Positions 18,363 to 29,043 of a stretch of DNA of 64,000 bases are shown piece after piece; the stretch's first letter is position 1; each line of letters begins with the position of its first letter. The stretch spans positions 384,001 through 448,000 of the forward strand of contig CANJVR010000002.1 in the NCBI GenBank assembly GCA_947478395.1. The letters are read 5' to 3'. Origin of the DNA: Opitutia bacterium (GTDB lineage Bacteria; Verrucomicrobiota; Verrucomicrobiia; Opitutales; Opitutaceae). The translations under genes and the position numbers were made by a program. Under the pieces are notes generated by a model. That model was given only the letters and a program-made list of their open reading frames with translations. It made no database searches and was not told where the DNA came from.

Positions 18363-19430
18363 ATGTCATCCTATCAAGTTCCACCCTTTCTCGCCGAACT
18401 GCTGCACGCTCGCTCGCCCTCCGGCTACGAGTTCGAAGCCCAAGCGGTGTTCGATCGCCACGTGAAGCCCGCGGCCGATCTCTACGCCAAGGACGCCATG
18501 GGGAACCGCCTCGCGACCCTTAATCCCTCGGGCGACCCGGTGCTCATGCTGGCGGGCCACATGGACGAACTCGGTCTCATCATTACGTTCATCAACAAGG
18601 ATGGATTTATTTATTTCGACACGATCGGCGGCCATGACCTCAGCATCATCTCGGGTCGGCGCGTCATCATCCAAACCGAACACGGCCCCGTGAAAGGCGT
18701 CACCGGCAAGCGCGCCATCCATCTCATGGACGAGGAGGATCGCAAAAAAGTCCCGAAGAAGCACGAGATCTGGATCGATATCGGCGCGTCTTCCAAAAAG
18801 GAAGCCCTTGAACGAGTCGGAATTGGCGACGTCGCCACCTACGATCACGAGTTGGAAATGATTCACGGCAGCATCGGAACGGCGCGCGCGTTCGACAACA
18901 AAGTCGGCGCCTACGTCGTGGGCGAGACACTCATCCGGCTCGCCAAGGAAAGAAAGAAACTCGCCGCAAAAGTCGTCAGCGTCGCCACGGCGCAGGAGGA
19001 AATAGGCGTTCGCGGCGCCACCACGGCGGTCTACACCGTTGATCCTCACATCGCCCTTGCGGTCGACGTCGGGCACGCCACGGACCATCCCGATTGCGAC
19101 AATCGAAAATTCGGCGAAACCAAGCTGGGCGGCGGTCCGATCATCTGCCGCGGCGCCAATATCAATCACAAGGTTTTCGAGCGCCTCGTAAAAGCCGCCA
19201 AAAAACTGAAAATTCCTTACCAAATCGAGGCTGATCCCCGTCCGACCGGCACCGATGCCCGCGCGGTGCAAATCGGCCGCGGCGGCGTCGCGACCGGGTT
19301 GGTGAGCATCCCGCTGCGTTACATGCATACTCCAAGCGAAGTCGTGGACCTCCAGGATGTGGAGCGCTGCGTGCAACTCTTCGTCGAGTTCGCGAAGGGT
19401 CTGGAAAAAGGCGACTACGCGCACTGGTGA
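18363..19430 (+). CDS. M42 family aminopeptidase
   Basis: SPSGYE, AGHMDELG, AFDNK, QEEIG, VDVGH, RYMHTPSE. Confidence 0.94.
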   Translation: MSSYQVPPFLAELLHARSPSGYEFEAQAVFDRHVKPAADLYAKDAMGNRLATLNPSGDPVLMLAGHMDELGLIITFINKDGFIYFDTIGGHDLSIISGRRVIIQTEHGPVKGVTGKRAIHLMDEEDRKKVPKKHEIWIDIGASSKKEALERVGIGDVATYDHELEMIHGSIGTARAFDNKVGAYVVGETLIRLAKERKKLAAKVVSVATAQEEIGVRGATTAVYTVDPHIALAVDVGHATDHPDCDNRKFGETKLGGGPIICRGANINHKVFERLVKAAKKLKIPYQIEADPRPTGTDARAVQIGRGGVATGLVSIPLRYMHTPSEVVDLQDVERCVQLFVEFAKGLEKGDYAHW

Positions 19431-19564
19431 TCCGAATCCCAAACACGTCAGAGGAGACCGTCCCGCACCACGGCTGGTGCCGCCCGCTCTGCCCCCTGCA
19501 GAGGGCATCGATCGGGCTTTTCCTTTGAGTCCGTGATTTAAAACTTCATCCGAAAGCTATTCCA

Positions 19565-20557
19565 ATGATCGCCACTCTCGACGCACCTCTGACCGACGCG
19601 CTGTGCGATCCGCTCGCGCTCCGGGTTGAGGGCTGGATCCACGGAGATAAGGACCACGAGAATATCATTGGCGTCGAAATTTGTGCAGACGGCGAACGCG
19701 TCGGTTTGACCTACGCCTTGGCGTTGCGCCCGGACGTCGTCGCAGCCCTCGCGCTCCCGGCTGGCATCCGCACCGGATTTTTGCTCGACGCGCACTGCCC
19801 GGCCGCCCGCTTCGACGCACCCCTCACACTCGCGGTTCACGCTGTCTTCCGCGATGGATCGCGCTCGGCTCCGCTCGTAACCCGCGAGGTGCGGATGATG
19901 GCCCGCGACTATCGCCGCAACCATTTCGGAGTTCTGCTCGATCAGAGCACGATCGCGGTGCAACGCCGTGGAAATATTTTCGCCACCGGCCCGTCGCTTT
20001 CCGAGCCAAGCCCGGAGATTACGCAGCTGCTCGCGCGCTATTTGCCCCGTGCACCGCGCCGAATCCTCGATGTTGGCTGCGGGATTGGCTCCTATGGTCG
20101 CGGCTTAATCGCGCAGGGTTACGACTGGCACGGCGCGGAAGTCAGCGCGTCGGACTGCGCCGAACTCAAACGACTTGGACTTCCGCACACGCACGTCAGT
20201 CCGGGCAGGCTGCCGTTTGCTGATGCCACGTTCGATTCGGCCATCGCGATTGAAGTCCTCGAACACATCGAAGAGCCTCGTCCGTTCCTCACCGAGATTC
20301 GCCGCGCCGCGCCGCGTCAGTTGATCGTATCCGTGCCGAATTCCGAGTTGCTCGGCTATCTTTACGATTATCTGGCGACGCCGTGGCACATGCTTGAGGG
20401 CGATCACAAAAACTTTTTCACCCGCTGGAGTTTGGGTGCGTTGCTGGGTGAATTTTATCCGCGGGTCGAAGTCGGTTTTCACACGCCCTATCCCTTGCGC
20501 ACCGTCGAAGGCACGCCGCTGCACTACAATCTCTTCGCGGTCGCCAGTACGCCATGA
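19565..20557 (+). CDS. Class I SAM-dependent methyltransferase with N-terminal beta-rich domain
   Basis: ILDVGCGIG, LPFADATFD, EVLEHI, VSVPN; N-terminal VEGW...RPDV...TGF segment. Confidence 0.85.
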   Translation: MIATLDAPLTDALCDPLALRVEGWIHGDKDHENIIGVEICADGERVGLTYALALRPDVVAALALPAGIRTGFLLDAHCPAARFDAPLTLAVHAVFRDGSRSAPLVTREVRMMARDYRRNHFGVLLDQSTIAVQRRGNIFATGPSLSEPSPEITQLLARYLPRAPRRILDVGCGIGSYGRGLIAQGYDWHGAEVSASDCAELKRLGLPHTHVSPGRLPFADATFDSAIAIEVLEHIEEPRPFLTEIRRAAPRQLIVSVPNSELLGYLYDYLATPWHMLEGDHKNFFTRWSLGALLGEFYPRVEVGFHTPYPLRTVEGTPLHYNLFAVASTP

Positions 20558-21756
20558 GCGGAGTCCCGTCGGCCCGGGCCGCTGCCCGAACGAGGCGCCT
20601 GCTCATCGCCTTTGCCGCGGTCGCCCTCGTCGCCGTGCGCAAGTCCGACAGCTTGCTCAATCCGCAATTTTGGGCGGAAGACGGCGCCCTCTTCTTCATC
20701 GAAGCCGAGGGGTACGGCGGCTGGTTTGACCTTTTTCGGGCCTACGAAGGCTATCTTCATTTTATCCCGCGTTTCATCGCCGCCACGGCGACTGCGCTGC
20801 CCTTGGAGATTGTCCCCGGATTCTACGCGGGATGCGCGTTAGCGGTGACCGGCATGGTGGCGTGGTGGCTGCAGTCGCCCCGAATTCCGCTTCCTGGCGG
20901 CTGGGTCGCAGCACTCGCTATAGGGGCCGTCCCGCACACCGGCGAAGTGTGGCTGACCACTAGCAATCTACAGTGGATCACAGCGCTCGGACTTTTCGCG
21001 CTCGTCATCGTCCGCGATGCCGACACCGCGACTTCGCGCGGCGGCGAACTCGGTTTCCTGGCGATCACTGGGCTCACCGGGCCCTTTATTATTCTGGCGC
21101 TGCCGATGTTTTTGTGGCGCGCGATCGAGCGGCGCTCCCGCTGGAGTTGGATCTTGTGCGCCTCGGCCGGGATCATTGCGGCGTGCCATCTGCCCTCGCT
21201 CCTGGCGCGGACGCAGCCGGCCGAAGTTGTGCCGTGGGCGCCCTGGCATCATCTCGCAATCGCAGGACGCCGCACGGTCGGCACCCTCTTTTTCGGCCAC
21301 CTCGAGCTGAACGAGATGATCGCGGCATTGCTCGGATTAGGTTTCACCGCCATCATCATTCCCGTGCTGTGGCAGCAGCGTGCGCGGTTAAAAGGCGGCC
21401 TGCCGCTCCTGTTCGCCGCACTCGTGGTGCTGGCCGCCACCGGCTACAAGGCCCGTCCGGACACTTGGACCCTCAGCGAACTGGGCAACGGCGACCGCTA
21501 CTTCTTTATACCTAAAGTTATTTTGCTCTGGCTGCTCGCCGCGCTCGCGCTGACGTCGCATGGACGCGTCCGCATCACGCTGGTGGCCGCGGGCGTTGTT
21601 GCGCTTGCGGCGAACGCGCCACGTTTTTTCATCCCGCCCGCACCAGACCAACACTGGAGCACCTCCTGTGAATTGATCGCGCGCGGTCAACCCGTGTGGG
21701 TGCCGATTCTGCCAGCCGACAGTTATATGCTCCATCCCGGCCGACGCCCGCGTTGA
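20554..21756 (+). CDS. Polytopic membrane protein, GT-C-like (WAEDG motif)
   Basis: ATGA overlap with the methyltransferase; PQFWAEDG...YEGYLHFIPR after TM1, about 10 TMs, GDRYFFIP. Confidence 0.7.
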   Translation: MSGVPSARAAARTRRLLIAFAAVALVAVRKSDSLLNPQFWAEDGALFFIEAEGYGGWFDLFRAYEGYLHFIPRFIAATATALPLEIVPGFYAGCALAVTGMVAWWLQSPRIPLPGGWVAALAIGAVPHTGEVWLTTSNLQWITALGLFALVIVRDADTATSRGGELGFLAITGLTGPFIILALPMFLWRAIERRSRWSWILCASAGIIAACHLPSLLARTQPAEVVPWAPWHHLAIAGRRTVGTLFFGHLELNEMIAALLGLGFTAIIIPVLWQQRARLKGGLPLLFAALVVLAATGYKARPDTWTLSELGNGDRYFFIPKVILLWLLAALALTSHGRVRITLVAAGVVALAANAPRFFIPPAPDQHWSTSCELIARGQPVWVPILPADSYMLHPGRRPR

Positions 21757-21832
21757 AGCTCCTAGGTTGGGCGACGCTTCAGCCGACATTCCGACCTCAG
21801 TAGCGGTTTTAGCCTAGCCGTGGCCGTTTTGG

Positions 21833-21902
21833 GTAGCGGCAGGCGTCTCTGCCTGCCGGGTTCCGCGTCCTCGCCTCGGCACGCAGGGACGCCGGCCGCT
21901 GC
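21833..21902. repeat. GTAG REP doublet
   Basis: GTAGCGGCAGGCGTCTCTGCCTGCCG...CGGCACGCAGGGACGCCGGCCGCTGC; related copy at 34144-34173. Confidence 0.65.
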
Positions 21903-22016
21903 GTTGTTTGCCGCGAAATCCTTTGCGGCTACGCAAGCGCGATCAAGGGTCGCGCTACTTCAAATGCGAATTCCCGCTTCCCGTTGCGCCGTGCGTCTGT
22001 CTCTTTTGTGGGCTGA

Positions 22017-23897
22017 GTGTTTTTCGTATTTAAAAAAATCATTCCGACGGGTCTCGCCGCCTGCCTTTTCGTTTTCGTGCTCGGTGCACGTTGGGCGGTG
22101 TTCGACCGCTTCGGCATGGACCTGCCTGAATGGGATCAGTGGGACGCCGAGGGACTCAATCTCCTCGCGCCTTGGTTTACGCATGACCATTTCTGGCGCG
22201 CACTTTTTGCGCCGCACAACGAGCACCGCGTGGTCCTCACCAAGCTTCTGAATCTCGGCCTTACGCTGGCCAACGGGCAGTGGGATCAAAGACTGGAGGC
22301 CACGGTGAACGCGGTTCTGCCGGCGACAATTGCCGTCGTTTTTTTCCTCCTCGGCTGGCGGCATCTCAGCGCGAAAACGCGCGCACCGCTCTGGGTTTTT
22401 CTAGCGGTCGCCTTCGGTCTCCCTCTGGGCTGGCAAAACGTGTTGGGCGGGTTTCATTCGCAGCAATTTTTTCTTGTTGGCCTGGCGTTTGCCGCGATCG
22501 CGCTGCTCCCGCGCAATCCGTCATTTTCCGCCCCGTGGTGGCTCGGCGTACTGGCCGCCGCGCTCGGACTTTTTAGCATGGCCTCGGGTTTTTTCGCCGC
22601 CGTCGCCGTTATCGCGGTGCTGGGACTGCAACTGTTGCGCCGGGTCAGCACGCTGCGCGCGGCGATGCCCACGATCTTTGTCTGCGGAATCCTCGCCGCA
22701 CTCGGCTGGTTCACCCGCCATGAAGTCGATTATCATGCGTCGCTCAAGGCACAGAGCTTGTCGGATTTCGCCCTGACGATTCTCTACAGCTTGCAATGGC
22801 CGGCGCCGTTTACCCCGTGGTTCGGGCTCGTGATGTGGCTGCCGTGGTCATGGCTCACTTTCCGCGTGCTGCGGTCATCGTCGCGACTTTCCGTTCCCGC
22901 CTGTACTTTCGGCTATCTCGTTATCGGCCTCGGCGCTTGGGTGTGGCTTCAGCTCCTCGCGACGGGCTACGCGCGTGGGGCCGGCGGACCGCATCCGGCG
23001 TCCCGGTACATCGACACGCTGGTCTTCGGCCTCACGGCCAACGCGCTCGCCCTCGCCTGGCTGGCTTCTTTCGCTTTCACCGTCCAACGAGCCCGAGTCG
23101 TCTACGCAGTGCTCACGGTGGCATGGGTTGGCTTATTCAGTTGGGGCGTGGGCCGTGAACTCAAGGAAACGCTCACCGTCGCGCTGCCGCCGGTGAAAGT
23201 TTATCACGACTACGCGAAACAAAACGTCCGCAACTATCTCCTTACCGGCGATGAAGCGCATTTGAATCACGACGAAATTCCGTACCCGGGCGCAGGGGCG
23301 TTTCTGGTGCGGATCGGCCTAGCCGATCTGCGTACACGGCTGCCGGTGAGCGTACGTCCGCCGCTTCCGCTGACGCCGGCGCAAAGCAATTTCATGAGTT
23401 CACCGGGTCTCAGTGGAGCTACGGCGCCCGGTCTATCACCCGAGGTGCATGCCCTCGATTACCGCAAGACTTGGGGCACCTTTTCGTCCAACCGAACCGG
23501 GCTGCAAACGCGTGAGTTTTTCAGTGCTCCGTTACGGGCTCCGCTGGGCGGCTGGCTGCAATTTGAAATTGCCGGTCATGTCGGTGAGCCGGATGTGGTG
23601 CTTGAGTTGCGCGATGCGCATACTGGCGCCGCGCTCGCGCCGATCGTTTCCAATCAAGTTCCGGGGAACGCCTGGCGGGCCTCGTATGTGCGGGCGCCGG
23701 CTGGAGATTTTTTCGTGTACGCCCGAGCGCCCGATCCGGCGCGCTGGCTGGCGTTTTCTGAGCCCGCCGAAATGGCCACGGGTTCCTTCTGGGCCTGGCA
23801 GTTTTCAAAACACGGAGTGCTCGTTGCGGAGATCGCGCTCGGAGCGGCGGCGCTTTTGGCGCTGGCCGGCTGGCGCATGCGCGCGCCCCAATCTTGA
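22017..23897 (+). CDS. Polytopic membrane protein, GT-C-like, with C-terminal extracytoplasmic beta domain
   Basis: PEWDQWD...HNEHR loop after TM1, about 11 TMs, SRY motif, soluble beta-rich region, terminal TM; start uncertain. Confidence 0.7.
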   Translation: MFFVFKKIIPTGLAACLFVFVLGARWAVFDRFGMDLPEWDQWDAEGLNLLAPWFTHDHFWRALFAPHNEHRVVLTKLLNLGLTLANGQWDQRLEATVNAVLPATIAVVFFLLGWRHLSAKTRAPLWVFLAVAFGLPLGWQNVLGGFHSQQFFLVGLAFAAIALLPRNPSFSAPWWLGVLAAALGLFSMASGFFAAVAVIAVLGLQLLRRVSTLRAAMPTIFVCGILAALGWFTRHEVDYHASLKAQSLSDFALTILYSLQWPAPFTPWFGLVMWLPWSWLTFRVLRSSSRLSVPACTFGYLVIGLGAWVWLQLLATGYARGAGGPHPASRYIDTLVFGLTANALALAWLASFAFTVQRARVVYAVLTVAWVGLFSWGVGRELKETLTVALPPVKVYHDYAKQNVRNYLLTGDEAHLNHDEIPYPGAGAFLVRIGLADLRTRLPVSVRPPLPLTPAQSNFMSSPGLSGATAPGLSPEVHALDYRKTWGTFSSNRTGLQTREFFSAPLRAPLGGWLQFEIAGHVGEPDVVLELRDAHTGAALAPIVSNQVPGNAWRASYVRAPAGDFFVYARAPDPARWLAFSEPAEMATGSFWAWQFSKHGVLVAEIALGAAALLALAGWRMRAPQS

Positions 23898-23940
23898 ATT
23901 TTTAGGTCCGGCGTGGGGATCCCACCTTTACCTCGCTTCT

Positions 23941-23958
23941 TTGGCATCGGGACTGCTT
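23941..23958 (+). promoter_or_regulatory. Putative sigma54 -24/-12 promoter of ade
   Basis: TTGGCATCGGGACTGCTT, GG(23943-44)-N10-GC(23955-56). Confidence 0.55.
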
Positions 23959-23967
23959 TCCTGCGGC

Positions 23968-25788
23968 ATGGCCCTCACGCGTTTTTCCGTCGCTCCGCTC
24001 CACACGCTGACTCGTACGCTCGCCGCCGTGGCCATGGGGCGCGAGGCACCCGACTTGGTCATCACGGGCGGACGTCTGCTTTCCACTTATACCGAGCGTT
24101 TTCACGCTGACCGCGAAATCTGGATCAAGGCCGGGCGCATCGCTGCGATTAAACCCGCTGGCACGGCTAAAAAGTTACTGCCGAAAAATTCCCGCGCGAA
24201 ATTCTTCGACGCCGCCGGCGGCATCCTCGCACCGGGGCTGATCGACCCGCATATTCATATTGAGAGCTCGATGATGACCGCCTGCGCGTACGCCGAGGGC
24301 GCGTTGCTCAACGGCACCACGACGATCTTCTGCGACAGCCACGAAATCGGCAACGTCTGCGATGCTGCCGGTATCGAGTGGATGCTCGAAGACGCGCGCC
24401 AGGCGCCGCTCTCGATTTTCCTCACTGTGCCCAGCACCGTCCCCGCGACTTCGCCTCAGTTCGAAACCGCGGGCGGCGATCTCACCGCGGAAAAGATCGG
24501 AAAACTTTTCGACCGGTGGCCCGAAGCCGTCGCGCTCGGCGAAAAAATGGACTTCGTCCAAGTCGCCATGGGCGATCCGCGCAGCCATGCCATCATGGCC
24601 GCCGCGCTGAAACGCGGACGTCCGATCTGCGGACACATCTACGGTCGCGAATTCGTCACCGCCGGCGCTGCCAGCGGCATCACGGACACGCATGAAGCGA
24701 TCGACCGCGAAATTTCCAATGACTTCCTCGAGGCCGGCGTCTGGGTTTTCCTCCGCGGCGGTCCGCCCACCACGCCGTGGCACTCGCTCCCACTCGCAAT
24801 CAAGGCGGTGACCGAACTGGGCGCGAATCCGAAACGGGTCTGCGTCTGCACCGACGATCGCGATGCCGACGATCTTTTTCTTTTCGGTCTCGATTGGGTC
24901 GCGCGGCAGGCCGTCGTCGCGGGCTTGGCGCCCGCCACGGCTTGGTCGCTTGGTTCGCTTCATCCCGCCACGCGCTACGCGATGGATGGAGAGATCGGCG
25001 GTCTCGCGCCCGCGCGCCGGGCCGACGTTGTTTTGCTCAACGACGCGCTCGAGCCGCAGTGCACGTGGTACGGCGGCGAACTTGTGGTTAAAAACCGGAA
25101 GATCACACCGCTCCTCGACCGCGCTCTGTCGAAGCGCTACCACTATCCGCGCGCGGCGTACCAAACCGTGAAGCTGCCTAAGAAAAAGCTCACGCTCACT
25201 CCCGCTTTACCGATCGCGCCAGTGACGGCGAATGTGATTCGCACCGCGCTGCCTGGTATTATTCTTTTCCATGAACAGGTTTCACTCTCGCCTGCACCCG
25301 GGCAGACGTGGTCCGACCTTTTCGCACAACACCGGTTGTGCTTTGTTACCATCGTCGAGCGTCACGGCAAAAGCGGAGCTGTCGCCCATGGTTTGTTACA
25401 GGATTTCAATCTGAAGGCCGGTGCTGTCGCCAGTTCCGTCGGTCACGACGCGCACAACATTATCCTGGCCGGCACCAACGAAGCCGACATGCAACTCGCG
25501 CTGGCCACAGTAAAAAAACTGCGCGGCGGCGTCTGCGTCGTGCGCGACGGTCAGGTGATCGCGCAAGTCGCGCTACCTATCGCAGGATTACTCTCCGACC
25601 TGCGTGCGACCGCTGTCGCCAAGGAGACCACCAAGTTGAAAAAGGCGTGGAAGGCCGCCGGCTGTACGCTGCCGTACATGGGGTTTAATTTGATTCCGCT
25701 GTCCGTGATTCCTGAAATTCGGATCACTGATCGCGGTCTTGTGACGGTCCCCGGCATGCAACAGCTGCCGTTATTTTCAACTGCGTAA
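23968..25788 (+). CDS. ade: Adenine deaminase
   Basis: [50 protein letters not shown]. Confidence 0.92.
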   Translation: MALTRFSVAPLHTLTRTLAAVAMGREAPDLVITGGRLLSTYTERFHADREIWIKAGRIAAIKPAGTAKKLLPKNSRAKFFDAAGGILAPGLIDPHIHIESSMMTACAYAEGALLNGTTTIFCDSHEIGNVCDAAGIEWMLEDARQAPLSIFLTVPSTVPATSPQFETAGGDLTAEKIGKLFDRWPEAVALGEKMDFVQVAMGDPRSHAIMAAALKRGRPICGHIYGREFVTAGAASGITDTHEAIDREISNDFLEAGVWVFLRGGPPTTPWHSLPLAIKAVTELGANPKRVCVCTDDRDADDLFLFGLDWVARQAVVAGLAPATAWSLGSLHPATRYAMDGEIGGLAPARRADVVLLNDALEPQCTWYGGELVVKNRKITPLLDRALSKRYHYPRAAYQTVKLPKKKLTLTPALPIAPVTANVIRTALPGIILFHEQVSLSPAPGQTWSDLFAQHRLCFVTIVERHGKSGAVAHGLLQDFNLKAGAVASSVGHDAHNIILAGTNEADMQLALATVKKLRGGVCVVRDGQVIAQVALPIAGLLSDLRATAVAKETTKLKKAWKAAGCTLPYMGFNLIPLSVIPEIRITDRGLVTVPGMQQLPLFSTA

Positions 25789-25805
25789 GCGGCTGCTTTC
25801 GAATT

Positions 25806-25829
25806 GTGGTCGGGGTGCCCGCACCCCGC
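25806..25829. repeat. GTGG REP-like hairpin
   Basis: GTGGTCGGGGTGCCCGCACCCCGC, similar to 37211-37234. Confidence 0.5.
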
Positions 25830-25959
25830 GCCGAAGTAATTTTGCCCGCGACGCCAGGCGTGGTAAGAGCCTGCTGCCTGCAGTTGCGTCGGCGTCCGAT
25901 GCAGCCGGAGAAGGAGGCCGAGTTTCCGCGCGGCTTCGTGGCTAACGCTGCGGTCCGAC

Positions 25960-27072
25960 TCAGAATCCATTAACGGCCGCGATCACGTGGTCGACTTGCG
26001 CGTCAGTTAGCTCCGGGAAAATTGGCAGGCTCACGCAGTTTGCCGCGGCGTGTTCGGCGTTCGGAAATGAACCTGGCCCGTACGCGAGCCCCGCGTAGCA
26101 TTTCTGCAAATGCAGCGGTACGGGATAAATTAGATCGGTGCCGACCTCATGCTTGGTCAGGTGCTCACGGAGCGCATCGCGGCGCGGATGCAGCAGCGTG
26201 AACTGGTGAAACACCGACTGACCGTAAGCCGGTTGTTCGGGCAGGCGGGCGTCGGCTAGTTTTATGGCGGACCCATAACGTTGCGCGATCGCCTGCCGGC
26301 GCGCCGTCCACGCCGCGAGATGGGGCAGTTTTACATTCAGTAAAGCCCCTTGAAATCCATCCATGCGAAAATTTCCGCCAATGATGTCGTGATAGTAGCG
26401 ACGATCCGAACCGTGCACGCGGATGTGGCGCGCCCGCGTGTGAATTTCTTCCCGGCGCGAAACGAACGCCCCGCCTTCACCGCAGCCGCCAAGATTTTTG
26501 GTCGGATAAAAACTGAACGTGCCCACGTCGCCGATTGTGCCGACGGGGCGCGCGCCCCCGTGCGTCGCGCCCAAATAAGTCGCGCCAACCGCTTGGGCGC
26601 AGTCCTCGATCACGAAGAGATTATGCCGGGCGGCAAAGGCCATGATCTCGTCCATCCGCGCCGGCTGGCCGAAAAGATGGACGACAATAATTCCCTTGGT
26701 GCGCGGCGTCAGCGCGGCCGTGAGTTTATCCGGATCGAGGTTGAACGTGCCCGGTTCGATGTCGGCGAACACGGGGGTCGCGCCCACGTAGTTGATGCCC
26801 CACGCCGAAGAGATGAACGTGAACGGGGTCGTGATGACTTCGTCACCCGGGCCGAAGCCCGCGATCATGCACGCGACATGGAGCGGCGCGGTGCCGCTAT
26901 TCATACCGAGCGCGCGCGGATATCCGAGCGTGGCGGCAAACGCGCGCTCGAATTCCTCGACATCCTTACCGAGACAAAAACGGGTCGCGTCGTAGGTCTC
27001 CGTCAACGCGGCCAGCGCTTCGGCGCGTAACGCGCGGTGCTGCAGACTGAGGTCGAGAAAGGGGACTTTCAT
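25960..27072 (-). CDS. DegT/DnrJ/EryC1/StrS PLP aminotransferase
   Basis: VPFLDL, NSGT, VHLFGQ, IEDCAQA, FSFYPTKNLG (PLP Lys), SLPIFP. Confidence 0.95.
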   Translation of the reverse strand: MKVPFLDLSLQHRALRAEALAALTETYDATRFCLGKDVEEFERAFAATLGYPRALGMNSGTAPLHVACMIAGFGPGDEVITTPFTFISSAWGINYVGATPVFADIEPGTFNLDPDKLTAALTPRTKGIIVVHLFGQPARMDEIMAFAARHNLFVIEDCAQAVGATYLGATHGGARPVGTIGDVGTFSFYPTKNLGGCGEGGAFVSRREEIHTRARHIRVHGSDRRYYHDIIGGNFRMDGFQGALLNVKLPHLAAWTARRQAIAQRYGSAIKLADARLPEQPAYGQSVFHQFTLLHPRRDALREHLTKHEVGTDLIYPVPLHLQKCYAGLAYGPGSFPNAEHAAANCVSLPIFPELTDAQVDHVIAAVNGF

Positions 27073-27180
27073 TTTTTTGGAACGTTAATCTTCGCTGGTG
27101 ATCGCTAATGAAAAAACAAAAACGAATGGAAGTGCAGGCCAGCCCGCTCGCGGGTTGGCCCGACGAGGACTCCGGATTAA

Positions 27181-27987
27181 TTAGCGCAGCTGAGCGCTCC
27201 CTAATTTCTTTACCACGGCCTCGACCAAGGCATCGAGGCTGGGCGTCTTGGCCGTAACATCGATCGGCACGCCGCGTTCCTTCATCGTCGCACTCGTTTG
27301 CGGACCGATGCTGCCCGCGAGGGGCACGGTGGCGCCTGCGCTGAGTTTCAACGCCGCCGCCTGGTCGACGAACGACTGCACGGCGGACGAACTCGCAAAA
27401 AGAATCGCGTCGGCGCCCCTCGCCCGGAAATCCGCTGCCGCCGGCTCCGCCGCAAGATCCGTCTGCTCGGTCTTGTAGACCTGCAGTGTATCGACGATGC
27501 CTCCCGCCGCCGTGAGCTGCTGGTCGAGCGTGTCGCGGTTGAGATTACCCGTGATCAAAAGCACCTTGGCACTGTCGAGACTGCCCGTGGCGATCATCGC
27601 CGTCGCCAGCCCTTCAGACGTGGCCACTGCCGGACGGCATTCGATCTTCAAGTGCAGCGCCGTGATCGCCTGGGCCGTTGCATCGCCAATACACGCGACC
27701 CGGATCAGACCCAGCGAGCGAATGTCGTCAAAAATCCGGCGAAATTCCTCGAAGAAATAACGCACGCCGTTGGCGCTCGTGAAGACGATCCAGTCGTAAC
27801 TGCCGAACTCGAGCATAACGTCGGCGAGCGCATCGAGCGACACGTCCTTCGACACGCGAATCAAAGGGAGCTCGATGACCTCAGCGCCGAGCGCCGTGAG
27901 CTTGGTCGCCAGTTCGGGCGACTGATCACGCGCCCGCGTGACGACGATGCGGCGGCCGCGAAGAGGAAGTTCGGAGGAGCGAGACAT
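27181..27987 (-). CDS. hemD: Uroporphyrinogen-III synthase
   Basis: RIVVTRA, WIVFTSANGV, CIGDATA, VYKT, FASSSAV, SIGPQT. Confidence 0.93.
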   Translation of the reverse strand: MSRSSELPLRGRRIVVTRARDQSPELATKLTALGAEVIELPLIRVSKDVSLDALADVMLEFGSYDWIVFTSANGVRYFFEEFRRIFDDIRSLGLIRVACIGDATAQAITALHLKIECRPAVATSEGLATAMIATGSLDSAKVLLITGNLNRDTLDQQLTAAGGIVDTLQVYKTEQTDLAAEPAAADFRARGADAILFASSSAVQSFVDQAAALKLSAGATVPLAGSIGPQTSATMKERGVPIDVTAKTPSLDALVEAVVKKLGSAQLR

Positions 27988-28068
27988 CCGTAAAATCTAG
28001 TGCGACCAGGCGACGCCGCCATACATTTTCTTCGGCGATGGCGTCTTGTAAATCTCACTCTGTTTGCG

Positions 28069-28971
28069 ATGGTTCCCACCGTGCCATCTGCCCCTCATCT
28101 GGCTTCTGCAATTGGTGATCGGTTGGTCCGGTCGCGTACTCTGCCCTATCTCGTCCTTGTGGGTGCACTGGTTTTCGGCGCGAGCGCGGGCATTCTGCGC
28201 GCGGAAAAACTCGTCACGGTTTCTGCGGTGGCAGACTCCAGTTACGTCAAACGCCGCGCCGCGCTGCCGAAGGACCAGAAGGAGTCCGTGATTTTCGCCA
28301 AGGGCCAGATCCTGGGTGCCAGCACCGATGCCGACCTGACGAAAACCGATTTCATAAAAATAGCGGCCATCCTCGGCCTCGACTTCAAGTCGCAGCGTTA
28401 TACGGCCGCGGAAAATTTCGCGAAGGCGGACCTCGTAATCGTCGCGCACTGGGGCATGACGAGGGAAAACGACCAGCCGCTGGACTTGCTCGTGTATGAT
28501 CCTGATGCGATGCGACGCAAAAGCGAAGCCGCCTCAGTCGCGCGGCAAACTCAGGAAACCGACCTGAGTTCGGTCTCCCGCGCTCTGGGCGTGGCTGCGG
28601 CGGCCGAGGCGGATCAACGAGCTGAGACCGCCATGCTCGGAAGCCTTTATAGTGACATCGGATTGGTCGGCGGATCGAACGCGGATATGCTGGGCTTCAG
28701 TGCAGCGCTCGCGAAAGGCGATGATACGGCGGAAACGCTGGGCTCCATGATCGGCGAGGCGCGTTACTTTATGATTCTGGTGGCGTACGACGGTGCCGCG
28801 CTCCGTCAGGGCAAAAAGCAGCGCGCGTGGACCACCCGGATGAGCATTCGCTCGGCCGGCGTAAATTTCCAAATCGCGGTGGAGCGCATGAGCAACGCCT
28901 CGGTCCGCTTTCACGGCACAAATCAAAACGATATCGTTTTCGAGCAAGCCAAGGACCGGCCGCGGTCGTAA
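28069..28971 (+). CDS. Exported hypothetical protein (possibly DUF4136-like fold)
   Basis: Hydrophobic signal-like segment, ADLVIVAHWG, RYFMILVAYD, WTTRMSI; start uncertain. Confidence 0.6.
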   Translation: MVPTVPSAPHLASAIGDRLVRSRTLPYLVLVGALVFGASAGILRAEKLVTVSAVADSSYVKRRAALPKDQKESVIFAKGQILGASTDADLTKTDFIKIAAILGLDFKSQRYTAAENFAKADLVIVAHWGMTRENDQPLDLLVYDPDAMRRKSEAASVARQTQETDLSSVSRALGVAAAAEADQRAETAMLGSLYSDIGLVGGSNADMLGFSAALAKGDDTAETLGSMIGEARYFMILVAYDGAALRQGKKQRAWTTRMSIRSAGVNFQIAVERMSNASVRFHGTNQNDIVFEQAKDRPRS

Positions 28972-29043
28972 CTGGATTGATGCGCGAAGCACGCGGCTGC
29001 TCAAAACCGGCTTAGTCCGCCTCATCGAGCGGGATTCAAGCGG

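Noticed and set aside
23413..23967. N-terminal extension of adenine deaminase; likewise extensions of the M48, menC, xerC, SDR and 62051 ORFs
   Set aside because: They overlap neighbouring real genes or spacers; homology-like sequence begins at the later start
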